From Tubulanus polymorphus (Eukaryota; Animalia; Nemertea), in the NCBI RefSeq assembly GCF_964204645.1, contig NC_134033.1, forward strand, positions 3,058,131-3,122,130: DNA of 64,000 nucleotides, written 5' to 3'. Under the pieces are notes generated by a model that worked only from the letters and a program-made list of their open reading frames with translations, made no database searches and had not been told where the DNA came from. The position numbers were made by a program, and so were the translations under genes. Numbering within the stretch: the stretch's first letter is position 1; each line of letters starts with the position of its first letter. Of the stretch, positions 62,200-64,000 are shown piece after piece.

Positions 62200-63850
62200 A
62201 GTCAGTGGTGCTCGTGTCCCATTATGACAAACTCAGCTCATATTGTGTCATGTTATTGTCCTCGGTCTTTGAAATCATGTAATACGTGTTCGATTTGAAT
62301 TGAACCAGTTTTGAGGATTAATTCTTGACGCACGTTGAATTCACTATACACGCACATATATGTCCAGTCCTTACGTGAGGTTAGGTGAGTTGAATCTTAA
62401 ACGGGATTTTGTAAATCTATAAGCTATAAGGGCTCGGGCTTCTTTACTTGAATATTGATTCATCAGTCAGAATTGAAACTGTAAAATATGAAATTGTTTT
62501 CTTTTTCAGATCAGCCATTCCTCATTGAGGACCTCATTGCTTCCAATACCGCGGGGCTGACTAAAACAACGCTGTTTTCAAAATAATCTATGATTCTCCA
62601 GAATTGAATTGGTGGTGAGTAGATTTGTAGGTTTTTTAATACTGGATATAACGGATTGTATGGAGTCAAATTAAAAAACATAACGGTGATCATTACGTTT
62701 TTTTCAGAGGAGCTCTACTTCCTCTGTCAATGCGTGCTGGACTTAATCAACTAATACACAGTGGACTTCAGGCCTTCCTCGCTTACTCGGGACCTGTTTG
62801 CTGTCAATACCTGCTGCGGACTAAATCAACAAATGCATAATTGGAATTCAGACATTCCTCGATTACTCCAGACCCGATTGCTGTCTGCGTGCTGGACTTT
62901 ACCAACCTGGACCAACAGACCAGTAGAATGTTGTAGCCTGCTTGGATGTCATATCTTCTAAGAAACAAACAGATAACTGATCGAAGTAATCCATGAATTG
63001 GTGAGTAGAATTTCTAATAGTTTTTCGTATAGGAAACTTAGGTTAGGTCGAGTTTAAGCCTATCTATCAAACAGATTGGTCCTCGTTACAGCAATTTCAG
63101 ATACATTAGACTCCTAAAATTCCTCTTAACTCGAATTAATTTCTGACCAGTGATTAATGTTTGAGGTGTTAGAAAAACCTGATTGATATTCTTGATATTC
63201 TTTTGTTGTAATGGTTCTAAATTATGTGTATTAAAGTTTGAAATGATAATTCCACTTGCCGGTTTTGACAAATTTGAGTTAAGAGGAGTCCTATGTGAAA
63301 CAATTTATCAGATAAAGCAATCTTGAAATTTATTCCATAAAACTGGATAATGAAATATTACTTGTAAAACCGACTTGTAACCGGTTCAATCGTCCGAGAC
63401 ATTTATACAGCACCTGAGAGTAGTCGAGCTATAGGCTTGGGAAGGTGGTCGCATTTATCAAACATATATCGCAATTTTGTTCTAAATCATTGATTCAAAT
63501 TAGTTTTGATCGTCTGCTTGCCTGGAGTTAAGAATGGAATCTCTGATCAGTCAAGGACGATTAATCCGGTTATAACGAGTAGATTTAATAGTCATATGAA
63601 TTTCGGGTTTGACTATTTCACGGAATGGCTTCGTATTGTAATAATGCGTATAAATATGTAAGTTTCCGGGTCTGGGGATCGCGGTTACTACGAAGAGTGG
63701 TTCTGAAAAATGCAACAGATGTCGCCTTCGCTTAATTTACACTTGTCGTATAGTTTTCTCAGGAGACCGAGGAGGTTAGCTCGTTGGGCACAGGACGGCG
63801 CTCCGGCCCACCGGCGAATTCATGACAGAAATAGACTTTTTTACTAAAAT
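62200..63850 (+). repeat. Repeated multi-exon-like non-coding unit, copy 4
   Basis: Duplicate of 38060-39660 with GTGAGT donors (62385, 62615, 63001) retained. Confidence 0.65.
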
Positions 63851-64000
63851 GGTTATTTCAATTTCCGACCAACAGATGATCCCCTCGTTTACCATACCTA
63901 ACACCTTGCCACTACACACTCAACCTCGCTTAAGTCATTATCAGATAAGTCATCACACTACATCAGTATTTGTATTTCCAATTCTCTGGAGTAATTTGTA

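Larger units (their letters stand above)
59565..64000 (+). repeat. Segmental duplication, copy 2 (partner 34984-39812)
   Basis: Colinear to the window end. Confidence 0.92.

Overview
AT-rich animal (probably invertebrate) genomic DNA with spliceosomal introns. It is dominated by a same-strand tandem array of five copies of a giant GRL101-like (LGR/relaxin-receptor class C2) GPCR: signal peptide, several CUB-like domains, two C-type lectin domains, about 7 LDLa repeats, LRRs and a rhodopsin-type 7TM, encoded by 3 exons with phase-0 introns. Copy A (1-1919) is cut by the window edge. Copy B has one nonsense codon, copy C has a nonsense codon and two frameshifts, and copy D is truncated by an LTR-like insertion. 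Copy E (51230-57427, 1937 aa) is intact. The ectodomains carry hypervariable patches and mosaic tracts, whereas the 7TM is almost invariant. Each copy with a visible 5' end is preceded by a fragment of its own TM3-TM4 coding sequence. The ORF track largely misses two copies of a spliced two-exon reading frame (35035-35974, 59616-60548) that reads as the C-terminal part of a microbial-type expansin (EXLX/YoaJ-like); both lie in a ~4.5-kb segmental duplication downstream of solo-LTR-like elements. Other elements include a repeated splice-signal-bearing non-coding unit, a hammerhead-like insertion with a 12-bp TSD, tiny palindromic MITEs, tRNA-derived SINE heads and minisatellites. All homology calls come from reading the sequence and recalled family motifs; no database search was run.
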